Below are positions 27,605 through 36,361 of a DNA stretch of 64,000 bases, one piece after another; the stretch's first letter is position 1; every line of letters begins with the position of its first letter. The notes beneath the pieces were generated by a model. It made no database searches. It was given only the letters and a program-made list of their open reading frames with translations, and was not told the DNA's origin. Made by a program: the position numbers and the translations under genes. This stretch comes from an uncultured Calditrichaceae bacterium. GTDB taxonomy: Bacteria; Calditrichota; Calditrichia; Calditrichales; Calditrichaceae. The stretch is taken from positions 32,517-96,516 of the forward strand of contig CAYXRA010000002.1 of assembly GCA_964467525.1 (NCBI GenBank). Reading direction: 5' to 3'.

Positions 27605-28417
27605 ATGAAAAAAACTATTTTGGTAACAGGCGCCACAGACGGCATCGGCATGCAGACAGCCAGAGAACTGGCAGACAGAGGCAATCATGTTATACTGCAC
27701 GGCAGGAATAAAAGTAAGGCCGAAAAAATAAAGCAGGACATTGAAAAAGAAAACGGTGATGCGGCGTTGGATATTATAAGCGCAGATCTGGCATCTTTTG
27801 CACAAATTCGTAAAATGTCGGAACAAGTCCACGTCAAATATGATCGTCTGGATGTGCTGATCAATAATGCCGGCGTTTATGAAAAAAACCGCCGGATGAC
27901 TGAAGACGGTTTTGAATTTACGTTCGCCGTTAATCATCTTGCCGTGTTTTTTTTAAGCGGCCTGTTGCTGGATTTAATTCGAAATAGTGAGCAGGGGCGA
28001 ATTGTGGTTGTCAGCTCCATGGCCCACAATAGCCGGATCGATTTCGACAACCTGAACGGCGAAAAGGACTATGACGGATGGCAGGCTTACGGATTGTCCA
28101 AATTATGCAATATCCTCTATACCTTTGAACTGGCCGCCCGTCTGCCGGATGAACAGGTCACGGCAAACTGCCTGCATCCGGGTGTAATTTCTACAAAACT
28201 GCTGCATGCCGCTTTCGGATCCGGCGGCGCTTCACTTAAAGAAGGGGCGAAAACGTCGGTGTATCTGGCAGACAGCCCGGATCTCAAAAGTACGACCGGC
28301 AAATATTTTTCAAACATGCGCGAAGCGAGTCCGGCTCCGATCGCTCATAACAACGATGTCAGGCAAAAACTCTGGTCAATCAGTTCCGAAATGACCGGAT
28401 TTGAATATGAATTTTGA
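27605..28417 (+). CDS. Short-chain dehydrogenase/reductase (SDR)
   Basis: Cofactor motif TGATDGIGMQTA, NNAG, and catalytic YGLSK (YxxxK). Confidence 0.8.
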   Translation: MKKTILVTGATDGIGMQTARELADRGNHVILHGRNKSKAEKIKQDIEKENGDAALDIISADLASFAQIRKMSEQVHVKYDRLDVLINNAGVYEKNRRMTEDGFEFTFAVNHLAVFFLSGLLLDLIRNSEQGRIVVVSSMAHNSRIDFDNLNGEKDYDGWQAYGLSKLCNILYTFELAARLPDEQVTANCLHPGVISTKLLHAAFGSGGASLKEGAKTSVYLADSPDLKSTTGKYFSNMREASPAPIAHNNDVRQKLWSISSEMTGFEYEF

Positions 28418-28470
28418 TGTTTATGATTGTCCTTAACTGGTCGTCAGATTAATTTAATGCTGAGGTTGAT

Positions 28471-29283
28471 ATGAACGAACAGAATCTATTGATTGCGTTC
28501 GGTTTAACGCTGTTTGCCGGACTTTCTACAGGCATTGGCAGCGCTTTAGCCTTTTTCGCCAACAGAACCAATACGAAATTTCTGTCCATTGCACTGGGTT
28601 TTTCAGCAGGCGTGATGATCTATGTATCCATGGTAGAAATTATCGTAAAAGCGCGCGAAGCCCTGGTTGCCTCAACCGATTTGATTGCGGGAAACTGGTT
28701 AACTGTGGCCGGATTTTTTTCAGGGATTATCTTTATCGGTATCATTGATAAACTGGTGCCTTCCGCGGAGAATCCCCATGAAATTCATACAATCGAAGAA
28801 GTCGGCGGCGAAAAAAAAGCAAATGATTACAGGAAGCTGTCCCGGATGGGCGTATTCACGGCCCTTGCCATTGCAATTCACAATTTCCCGGAAGGTCTGG
28901 CTACATTTATGGCAGCGATGCAGGATCCGGCTCTCGGTATTCCCATTGCCGTGGCCATCGCCATTCATAATATTCCTGAAGGTATTGCAGTTTCCGTACC
29001 TATTTATTATGCCACCAATAATCGACTGAAGGCCTTTTTGTTGTCATTTTCCTCGGGACTGGCCGAACCGGTCGGGGCCATCGTCGGTTATTTTTTGATC
29101 ATCCGGTTTGTCAGCGATATTTTTTTTGGCTTTGTGTTTGCTTCTGTTGCCGGTATCATGGTTTTCATTTCCATCGATGAATTGCTGCCCGCGGCGCGGG
29201 AATTCGGACAGCATCACCTGTCAATTTACGGCATGGTTGTGGGTATGGCGGTTATGGCGGTAAGCCTGCTGATGTTTTTATAG
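28471..29283 (+). CDS. zupT: ZIP-family zinc transporter ZupT
   Basis: [10 protein letters not shown] and [10 protein letters not shown] motifs, about 8 TM segments, 270 aa. Confidence 0.85.
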   Translation: MNEQNLLIAFGLTLFAGLSTGIGSALAFFANRTNTKFLSIALGFSAGVMIYVSMVEIIVKAREALVASTDLIAGNWLTVAGFFSGIIFIGIIDKLVPSAENPHEIHTIEEVGGEKKANDYRKLSRMGVFTALAIAIHNFPEGLATFMAAMQDPALGIPIAVAIAIHNIPEGIAVSVPIYYATNNRLKAFLLSFSSGLAEPVGAIVGYFLIIRFVSDIFFGFVFASVAGIMVFISIDELLPAAREFGQHHLSIYGMVVGMAVMAVSLLMFL

Positions 29284-29383
29284 GAATTTATGCCGGGGAT
29301 TGAACAATACGCTGTTGAGTCGTTAAATTCGTATAGAGAATTTTCTCCGGACAAACCGTTTGATGAGAATTGGATATAAAAAA

Positions 29384-29512
29384 ATGAAACATTCATGATT
29401 TTGCAAACACACAAAGGCATGATTAAATAAACAAAGGGCTTTCGCCCCCCTCCCCTTTGCCCCTCCCCACGCGTGGGGAGGGGTTGGGGTGGGGATTTTA
29501 AACAGATGAAAA
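29384..29512 (+). repeat. Intergenic repeat element (same family as 13980-14288 and 36176-36330)
   Basis: ATGAAACATTCATGATTTTGCAAACACACAAAGGCATGATTAA ... CCCCTCCCCACGCGTGGGGAGGGG (perfect 24-nt palindrome, 29460-29483) ... GGGGATTTTAAACAGATGAAA. The termini match the reverse complement of the 13980-14288 units. Confidence 0.8.
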
Positions 29513-30480
29513 AAATAAAACTCGGAAACACGGACATCAAAATAACGCCCATCGGCCTGGGCTGCTGGCAATTTTCCCGCGGCGCCGGTTTTGCCGGTAA
29601 ATACTGGGATAATCTGGAAACCGCGCTTATTGATGAGATCGTAAAAATTTCACTGGATGAAGGGATCAACTGGTTCGACACGGCTGAGGTTTACGGCTGG
29701 GGAAACTCGGAAAAGGCACTTGCTGAAGCGCTGCAAAAATGCGGGGTAGAGCGGGGTAAAGTTGTGATAGCCACCAAATGGCACCCGGTTTTTCGAACCG
29801 CAAAATCCATTTTAAATACTTTTGATAAGCGTATCGAAGCATTATCCGGATATCCGGTTGACTTGCATCAGATTCATTCCCCGTTCAGTTTTTCCAGTAT
29901 CCGCAATCAGATGCAGGCCATGGCAGAGTTACTGCGCGAAAAAAAGATTAAGGCCGTGGGTGTCAGTAATTTTTCCGCCGAACAGATGTGTACCGCGGAT
30001 GATGTGCTGAAAGAGGAAGGCTTTTCCCTGGCATCGAATCAGGTTCGTTATAGTTTGCTGGACCGCAAAACGGAACGCAAAGAAGTGTTCGCTGCGGCAA
30101 AAGAGCGGGATATTACGATCATTGCCTATTCGCCGCTGGCCCAGGGTATTCTGAGCGGTAAATTTCATGAAAATCCAAAACTGATCAAAGATCGGCCGGG
30201 ACCGCGTAAAATGTTGTCCGGTTTTAAGGAAAAAGGACTGAAAAAATCAGAACCGCTGATCAATATGCTCAGAGAGCTGGCCAAGAATTATAAAGTGACG
30301 CCCGCGCAGGTCGCCTTAAACTGGACGGTGCACTTCCATGGCGATTTCGTTGTGGCGATTCCCGGTGCAACCAGTGCGGAACAGGCCAGGGATAATGCCC
30401 GCGCTTTAAGCTTCAAATTAAAAAAAACGGAACTGGAAGGGCTCGATGCCATTTCGCGTTCTATTAAACAAATGGAGTAA
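29506..30480 (+). CDS. Aldo/keto reductase
   Basis: MKKIKLGNTDIKITPIGLGCWQFS, FDTAEVYG and IPGATSAEQARDN are AKR signatures. The start is placed at the ATG at 29506, because the tracked ORF start (29473) lies inside the repeat element. Confidence 0.85.
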   Translation: MKKIKLGNTDIKITPIGLGCWQFSRGAGFAGKYWDNLETALIDEIVKISLDEGINWFDTAEVYGWGNSEKALAEALQKCGVERGKVVIATKWHPVFRTAKSILNTFDKRIEALSGYPVDLHQIHSPFSFSSIRNQMQAMAELLREKKIKAVGVSNFSAEQMCTADDVLKEEGFSLASNQVRYSLLDRKTERKEVFAAAKERDITIIAYSPLAQGILSGKFHENPKLIKDRPGPRKMLSGFKEKGLKKSEPLINMLRELAKNYKVTPAQVALNWTVHFHGDFVVAIPGATSAEQARDNARALSFKLKKTELEGLDAISRSIKQME

Positions 30481-30604
30481 GGGGTTGACTACTGAATAAT
30501 GGATGGAAAATCATCCCCGTTTATTAAATAAATCATGGACATCCGATTTCGTTTTAATCGGGCGATATATAAGTAAAAATAATCGTAATCTCAGATAATT
30601 AATC

Positions 30605-31507
30605 ATGTCAGAAAATCACGCAGTTTTGCACGAACATCATCACTATCATCATGGCAGTAAAAATCTGAAGCTGGCCTTCGCCCTGAATTCGGTCTTTACG
30701 GTCATCGAAATTATCGGCGGATTGCTGACCAATTCGATGGCCATCCTTTCCGACGCCCTGCATGATATGGGCGATAGCCTGGCAATCGGACTGGCCCTGT
30801 ATTTTGAGCGGCTTGCGCGCAGGAAACGCGATCAACGGTTTTCCTATGGTTACAAACGCGTCAGCCTGCTTTCGGCGCTGATCAATGCAATCATACTGCT
30901 GGTTGGCTCGGTTATCATTATTACCGAATCCATTCCCCGTTTGATGAATCCCGAAGCGGTGAATGAAACCGGGATGCTGATTCTGGCCGTAATCGGTGTA
31001 TTGGTGAACGGATTTGCCGTGTTCCGTTTGAAGTCGGAAGCATCTTCCAATCAAAAAGTGGTGCGCTTGCATCTTTTGGAAGATGTTTTAGGCTGGTTTG
31101 CCATATTGATCGGCAGTTTGATCATGATGTTTTTCGGCTTGCCCATTATCGATCCTTTGTTGTCATTGGCCATCGCCGCTTATATTCTCTGGAATGTATT
31201 CAAAAACTTACGCGAATTTATCCGGATATTTCTGCAGGGGATTCCCCGCGGTATTGATCTTGATAAGATTTCAAAAAAAATAGTAAATATTTCCGGTGTG
31301 AGATCAGTACATGACGTGCATATCTGGTCGATGGACGGAACCTATGATGTTTTTTCGGCGCACATCGTCGTGGAGGATGATATAGGCCAGAAGAAAATTA
31401 TGGCGATAAAGAATGAAGTAAAGAAGCTGCTCAAAGAATTTGAAATAGACCATGAAACGATTGAAATCGATTTTGCAAGCGAGGTATGCGGTTATTTGGA
31501 ATGTTAA
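30605..31507 (+). CDS. Cation diffusion facilitator (CDF) Zn/Co/Cd efflux transporter
   Basis: His-rich N-terminus (HEHHHYHHGS), HDMGDSLA in TM2, HLLEDVLGW in TM5, and a C-terminal cytoplasmic domain with VHDVHIW. Confidence 0.85.
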   Translation: MSENHAVLHEHHHYHHGSKNLKLAFALNSVFTVIEIIGGLLTNSMAILSDALHDMGDSLAIGLALYFERLARRKRDQRFSYGYKRVSLLSALINAIILLVGSVIIITESIPRLMNPEAVNETGMLILAVIGVLVNGFAVFRLKSEASSNQKVVRLHLLEDVLGWFAILIGSLIMMFFGLPIIDPLLSLAIAAYILWNVFKNLREFIRIFLQGIPRGIDLDKISKKIVNISGVRSVHDVHIWSMDGTYDVFSAHIVVEDDIGQKKIMAIKNEVKKLLKEFEIDHETIEIDFASEVCGYLEC

Positions 31508-31634
31508 GCATGTGGTGAATGGTTCGCCTCACTTAAAATAAAAGTGTTAAATGAGCAGTGCGTCAAAAAAAAATTATAAACAAATATATTACTGAAACAC
31601 AAACTGTAATGTCTTTTATAACCAGGAGGCAATT

Positions 31635-33413
31635 TTGAAAAAGCATTTGAAACTGTTATTCATCATCTGTTTGGCTTTGCCCTTTCTACTGCAGGCTCAG
31701 GGCAGTGAAGCGATTACAATTCCCGAAATTAAATCCCATGTAAATTACCTGGCATCGGATGAACTGGCCGGGCGTAAACCGGGAACCGAGGGCGGCCACC
31801 TGGCCGCGGAATATATCAGAGATCAACTACGCGAGATTGGTTTAGAGTTACTCGGCGAAGAGGGCTTCCAGTATTTTGATGTGGTTACCGATGTGGAAAC
31901 GGGGGAAAATAATCAATTCCGCTTTGACGGGGTGAGCGGAACTTTGGGCGCGGATTTTTCACCGCTTTCTTTTTCCGAAAACGGAACGCATGAGGCGGAA
32001 GTCGTTTTTGCCGGTTACGGATTCGACATTGAAACGGATTCGCTGAAATGGGATGATTATGCGGACATTGAGGTTGACGACCGCTTTGTGATGATCCTGC
32101 GCGGTGATCCGGATATTGACAGCGATTCCAGCTTATTTATACCTTACACCCCGCTCCGTAAAAAAGTACTCACCGCGAAGGATCACGGCGCTGCCGGAGT
32201 TATTTTTGTATCCGGTCCGAAATTCGACAAGGATGACGAACTGATCGGCGTCAGTCTCGATCAGGCCCGCGCCGCCGCCGGTATCCAGGTGGTGCATATC
32301 AAACGGACGCTGGCCGACAGTTTGCTCCAGGGCAGCGGGCATACGATCGCCGATCTCGAAAATAAACTGATCGAATCAATGCAGCCGTTAAGTTTTGATT
32401 TGGGCAGGAAAGCAGCCATCACCACCGAAATCATAAAAAAAGAAGTGCAGACCCAAAATGTGGTTGGCTATCTTGAAGGCAGCGATCCGCTGATTAAAAA
32501 TGAATACATCGTTCTGGGCGCCCATTTCGATCACTTAGGTTTTGGCGGACCCGGCTCGGGATCGCGGCGGCCGGATACCACGGCTATTCATAACGGCGCC
32601 AATGATAATGCCTCCGGCGTGGCTGCTGTGCTTGAAATCATCGAAAAAATCGCCGCCAATCCTTTCAAACGCAGCATTCTTTTTATTGCCTTTGGTGCGG
32701 AGGAAATGGGATTGCTCGGGGCAAAGCACTTTACCGCAAATCCGCTCGTCGATCTCGATAAAATAAAATTTATGTTCAATCTCGATATGATCGGCGGTAT
32801 GGATGCCGATTCCAGTGTGATTACCATCGGCGGAACCGGCACTGCCGATGGTCTGAGCGATTTAATCGATGCACAGGCTGAAAACACCGGTCTGCGTGTT
32901 GAGCAATCGACCGCCGGTTACGGACCTTCCGATCATGCCGCATTTTATATGAAAAATATTCCCGTGCTGTTTTTTTTCACCGGGGCGGAGGATTACTACC
33001 ACACGCCCGCGGATGATCCGGAAAATTTGAATTACCGCGGTATTGAAATGATTGCCGGTTATGCATTCGATCTGCTCACCGATATCGCCAACCGTCCGGT
33101 GGCCATGGTTTACCAGGAGGCCGGCCCAAAAGAACGTGACACAGGCAGGATGGGAATGAAGGTCACGCTGGGCATCATGCCCGATTTCGCCGGCGTGATT
33201 AAAAACGGACTCCGGGTGGATGCGGTGATACCGGACCGTCCCGCCCATTGCGCCGGAATGAAAAAGGGCGATGTTATCGTGGCTATCGAAGGCAAAACCG
33301 TGAATAATATTTATGATTATATGGGACGGCTGAGCGAGTTTAAAAAAGGCCGGCGCATCAGTGTCGATGTCATGCGCGATGGAAAGAAAGAGGTTTTAAT
33401 TGTAGAATTATAA
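31635..33413 (+). CDS. M28-family zinc aminopeptidase with PA domain and C-terminal PDZ domain
   Basis: HNGANDNASGVAAVLEI, FGAEEMGLLGAKHF and GPSDHAAF are M28 metal and catalytic motifs. The C-terminus GMKKGDVIVAIEGKTV is PDZ-like. TTG start follows AGGAGG. Confidence 0.8.
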   Translation: MKKHLKLLFIICLALPFLLQAQGSEAITIPEIKSHVNYLASDELAGRKPGTEGGHLAAEYIRDQLREIGLELLGEEGFQYFDVVTDVETGENNQFRFDGVSGTLGADFSPLSFSENGTHEAEVVFAGYGFDIETDSLKWDDYADIEVDDRFVMILRGDPDIDSDSSLFIPYTPLRKKVLTAKDHGAAGVIFVSGPKFDKDDELIGVSLDQARAAAGIQVVHIKRTLADSLLQGSGHTIADLENKLIESMQPLSFDLGRKAAITTEIIKKEVQTQNVVGYLEGSDPLIKNEYIVLGAHFDHLGFGGPGSGSRRPDTTAIHNGANDNASGVAAVLEIIEKIAANPFKRSILFIAFGAEEMGLLGAKHFTANPLVDLDKIKFMFNLDMIGGMDADSSVITIGGTGTADGLSDLIDAQAENTGLRVEQSTAGYGPSDHAAFYMKNIPVLFFFTGAEDYYHTPADDPENLNYRGIEMIAGYAFDLLTDIANRPVAMVYQEAGPKERDTGRMGMKVTLGIMPDFAGVIKNGLRVDAVIPDRPAHCAGMKKGDVIVAIEGKTVNNIYDYMGRLSEFKKGRRISVDVMRDGKKEVLIVEL

Positions 33414-33606
33414 ATGAAGTATAAATCCATTAACCGGGATCAATGGTTGATTTCGAGGCAATACCAGCCATAGTCCCGGTGATTTTTCTTAAAAAATATT
33501 CTGCAATTGAATTACGAACAGTAAAAGTATTTGTCTTAAATGCTTATAAAAAGGCAGTCTGATAAGATTAGAAACTAAAGGAAAACCTTAAGAAAGGATA
33601 GTCATT

Positions 33607-34035
33607 TTGAAAAAAATCGGCATTTTATTAATATTGCTACTATCAATTTCAACCTTATTTGCGGGAACAAAGGAAGACATGGAAACAACCAATAATCCTA
33701 AAGATACCTTAGCCGTACTCTGGACCAGCGGCGATCCGGAAGTGGCTGAAAAAGTGTGTTTTATGTACACCCATAATGCGAAGAAACTTGGCTGGTTTGA
33801 ATCGGTCATTCTCATCGTTTGGGGACCTTCGGCAAAGCTGCTGTCAGAAAATACCGGGCTTCAGACTCAGGTAAAGGCCATGATGGCTGATGGCGTGGAA
33901 TTGAAAGCCTGCAAGGCCTGCGCCGACTCTTACGGGGTATCGGAAAAATTGAGCAGTCTGGGCATCGAGGTGATTTATATGGGTATGCCTTTGACGCAGT
34001 ACCTGAAAAACGGTAATTCTATCCTGAATTTTTAA
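33607..34035 (+). CDS. DsrE/DsrF-like family protein with signal peptide
   Basis: 142 aa. The pattern LAVLWTSGDPEVAEKV...VILIVWGPS...GVELKACKACADSYGV resembles DsrE-like small sulfur-relay-fold proteins, recalled from memory only. Confidence 0.45.
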   Translation: MKKIGILLILLLSISTLFAGTKEDMETTNNPKDTLAVLWTSGDPEVAEKVCFMYTHNAKKLGWFESVILIVWGPSAKLLSENTGLQTQVKAMMADGVELKACKACADSYGVSEKLSSLGIEVIYMGMPLTQYLKNGNSILNF

Positions 34036-34094
34036 TGACTGAAAAATTACTGCATTCTTTAGATTTCAAGATTAAGAATCAAAACTCATATCCC

Positions 34095-34129
34095 TCGGGG
34101 TCGGGGTCGCTATCGGGATCGGTATCGGA
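34095..34129 (-). repeat. 35-bp GAT/CCC-rich repeat (copy 1), embedded in a 17-codon acidic mini-ORF at 34079-34132 (-)
   Basis: The reverse complement TCCGATACCGATCCCGATAGCGACCCCGACCCCGA matches 38596-38630 at 33 of 35 positions. On the minus strand, ATG (34132) ... TGA (34079) reads MSDTDPDSDPDPEGYEF. Confidence 0.6.
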
Positions 34130-34458
34130 CATGGGCTGTATCAATCCCAATATTGATGCCGACTCCGATTAGATTGTCGTGCTATCTTCAAATAAATCAT
34201 TAATTCATCAATTCAAAAGCGAGTCCGTATAAGCAGTGATAAGATTTCAAATCGAAGAATTTAAGGCAAATTTGATACGATAAAAAAGCATATGTCTTGA
34301 AATCCGGATGCTTACTCACGATTATCCGGCTTGCCAACCAACTGTTTTGCCATTTATTTTCTTTTACCTTAATTTGGGTTGAATATTAGTTTTATAAAAC
34401 CTATTTTCAAATAATCTCTTCAAATTTATTTTGTTGTATAAATATTGGAGTTCGCAAA

Positions 34459-35079
34459 ATGCCGGGCTATTTAAAAGGATTAAATGAGTACCTTGAAAAA
34501 CAGTACAAGAAAAGTATTTTCGATGAAATTCAGCAAGCCAAAGATCCGTGGGATTTTTACCTGCATGAACAAAAGGTAATACGGGGTACTGTGGCCGAAA
34601 ATCTGGTTTATGATGTCAAGATTGACGTGGAAGGAAAAGGCATCGAACAGATCCCCAAAGTTCAGATTAAGCTGCTGCACAAGGCCGAATTTAAAGATGC
34701 TTTCCAATCTCTGCTTAAAACAAATCAGAATGTTAAAGCAGAGCAGCATGAATTTATCCTGTCACCGGCAAAGCGATATCATATTAAAAACAAATCCCTG
34801 TATCCATTGATGATGGAAAGGGAAGTCCTTTTTTTCACTTTGCTGGAGGGGGAGGTTATCCGCGGTATTATCGATAATTTTACCCGGTTTGAAATCACGG
34901 TGAATTTAAAAGGCGGTGTTCCTGTAACCATCCTGCGTCATGCCATTTACGATGTCCGCAATAAGAAGGGGCGTTCTTTTCTGAAATCGGTGCAAAAGAA
35001 GGCAAAAGAATGGGAAAAAAGTGATTTGTATGTGGAAGGGGAAGAGCCAAATGAAGCGCAGCCGAAAGCAGCAAAATAA
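34459..35079 (+). CDS. Tandem Sm/Hfq-like domain protein with basic/acidic tail
   Basis: The second half, REVLFFTLLEGEVIRGIIDNFTRFEITVNLKGGVPVTILRHAIYDV, aligns by eye to the Hfq core (V.IYL.NG.KL.G.I..FD.F.ILL......VYKHAI..V). The first half, KVIRGTVAENLVYDVKIDVEGKGIEQIPKVQIKLL, repeats the pattern more weakly. Confidence 0.45.
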   Translation: MPGYLKGLNEYLEKQYKKSIFDEIQQAKDPWDFYLHEQKVIRGTVAENLVYDVKIDVEGKGIEQIPKVQIKLLHKAEFKDAFQSLLKTNQNVKAEQHEFILSPAKRYHIKNKSLYPLMMEREVLFFTLLEGEVIRGIIDNFTRFEITVNLKGGVPVTILRHAIYDVRNKKGRSFLKSVQKKAKEWEKSDLYVEGEEPNEAQPKAAK

Positions 35080-35096
35080 AACTTCCGGAGTAACTT

Positions 35097-35942
35097 GTGT
35101 TTAAAGAAAATATACTGCGGAATAAAACATTCATCATCACCGGCGGCGGAACGGGTCTTGGCCGCTCGATGGGCTTTCGCTTTTCCGAGCTGGGCGCCAA
35201 CCTGGTTATTGTCAGCCGCAAGATGGATGTGCTGGAACGGACCGCCGCGGAAATCGAGCAGCGCACCGGTAATGCCGTGCTGCCGATTGAACACGACGTG
35301 CGTGATTACCGTCGTTTAAAAAAAGTAATAAAGCAGGCGCTCGACCGTTTTGGACAAATCGACGGTCTGATAAATAATGCTGCCGGTAATTTTATCAGTC
35401 CCACGGAACGGCTCACGGTTAAGGCATTTGATACGCTCATTGATATCGTATTGAAGGGCAGTTGTTATTTTACGCTGGAACTGGGCAAACACTGGATTGA
35501 AAATAAAACACCGGGCACGGTGCTCAATATTGTAACCACTTACGCTTTCACCGGATCCGGCTATGTGGTGCCTTCATCGGTAAGCAAGGCCGGCGTGTTG
35601 AATCTGACCCGCTCCCTTGCCGCAGAATGGGGCAAGTATAAAATTCGCCTGAATGCCATTGCGCCGGGACCTTTTCCCACCAAGGGAGCCTGGGAACGGT
35701 TATTTCCTGATCCGGCATTTGAAAAACAACTAATTAACCGGATTCCCCTGAAACGTACCGGCGATCATATCGAGCTGGCAAATCTGGCTGCTTATCTGAT
35801 GTCCGATTATTCCGCTTACATCACAGGGGAGGTGATCACGATTGACGGCGGGGAGTGGCTGGCCGGTGCCGGGCAGTTTAATTTTCTCGAGCAGATCGAT
35901 ACGGAAACCTGGGATGCAATGCAAAAAAATCGAAAAAAATAA
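35097..35942 (+). CDS. SDR-family oxidoreductase, 2,4-dienoyl-CoA-reductase-like
   Basis: IITGGGTGLGRSM, NNAAGNF and SSVSKAGVLNLTRSLA resemble the DECR-like SDR subgroup. GTG start follows GGAG. Confidence 0.7.
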   Translation: MFKENILRNKTFIITGGGTGLGRSMGFRFSELGANLVIVSRKMDVLERTAAEIEQRTGNAVLPIEHDVRDYRRLKKVIKQALDRFGQIDGLINNAAGNFISPTERLTVKAFDTLIDIVLKGSCYFTLELGKHWIENKTPGTVLNIVTTYAFTGSGYVVPSSVSKAGVLNLTRSLAAEWGKYKIRLNAIAPGPFPTKGAWERLFPDPAFEKQLINRIPLKRTGDHIELANLAAYLMSDYSAYITGEVITIDGGEWLAGAGQFNFLEQIDTETWDAMQKNRKK

Positions 35943-36175
35943 AAGTGTATCAACAATAATTTATCAATTCAAATCAATGCTGTCCAAAATAACGCAAAGA
36001 ATGATAAATTATCGTTGGTTCTTAATGAATTATGTCAGCAATATTTACAGTCTTTGACCCACACCTGTCCCCTTACTGCGAGCAGGGAACGAAAGCTGAA
36101 GGCTGGGTGGGTTGCTTTCAAGGCGAAAATTTTAAGTCACTAACATTATTTTGGAAAATCTGAATTCAAATAGTA

Positions 36176-36330
36176 ATGAAACATCCATGATTTAGGTACC
36201 ACACAAAGGGATGATTAAGTCAATAAGGTAAGTTCATTCGGTAAAAAAACAAGAAGATAAAAACAGAGCCCCCACCCCTTCCCCTCTCCACGCGTGGGGA
36301 GGGGAAGAAGTGGGGGGTAAACAGATGAAA
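36176..36330 (+). repeat. Intergenic repeat element (same family as 13980-14288 and 29384-29512)
   Basis: ATGAAACATCCATGATTTAGGTACCACACAAAGGGATGATTAA ... CCCCTCTCCACGCGTGGGGAGGGG (36281-36304) ... GGGGGGTAAACAGATGAAA. Confidence 0.8.
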
Positions 36331-36361
36331 TAAAAGTCTTACATTCAATAATGTAAATTCT

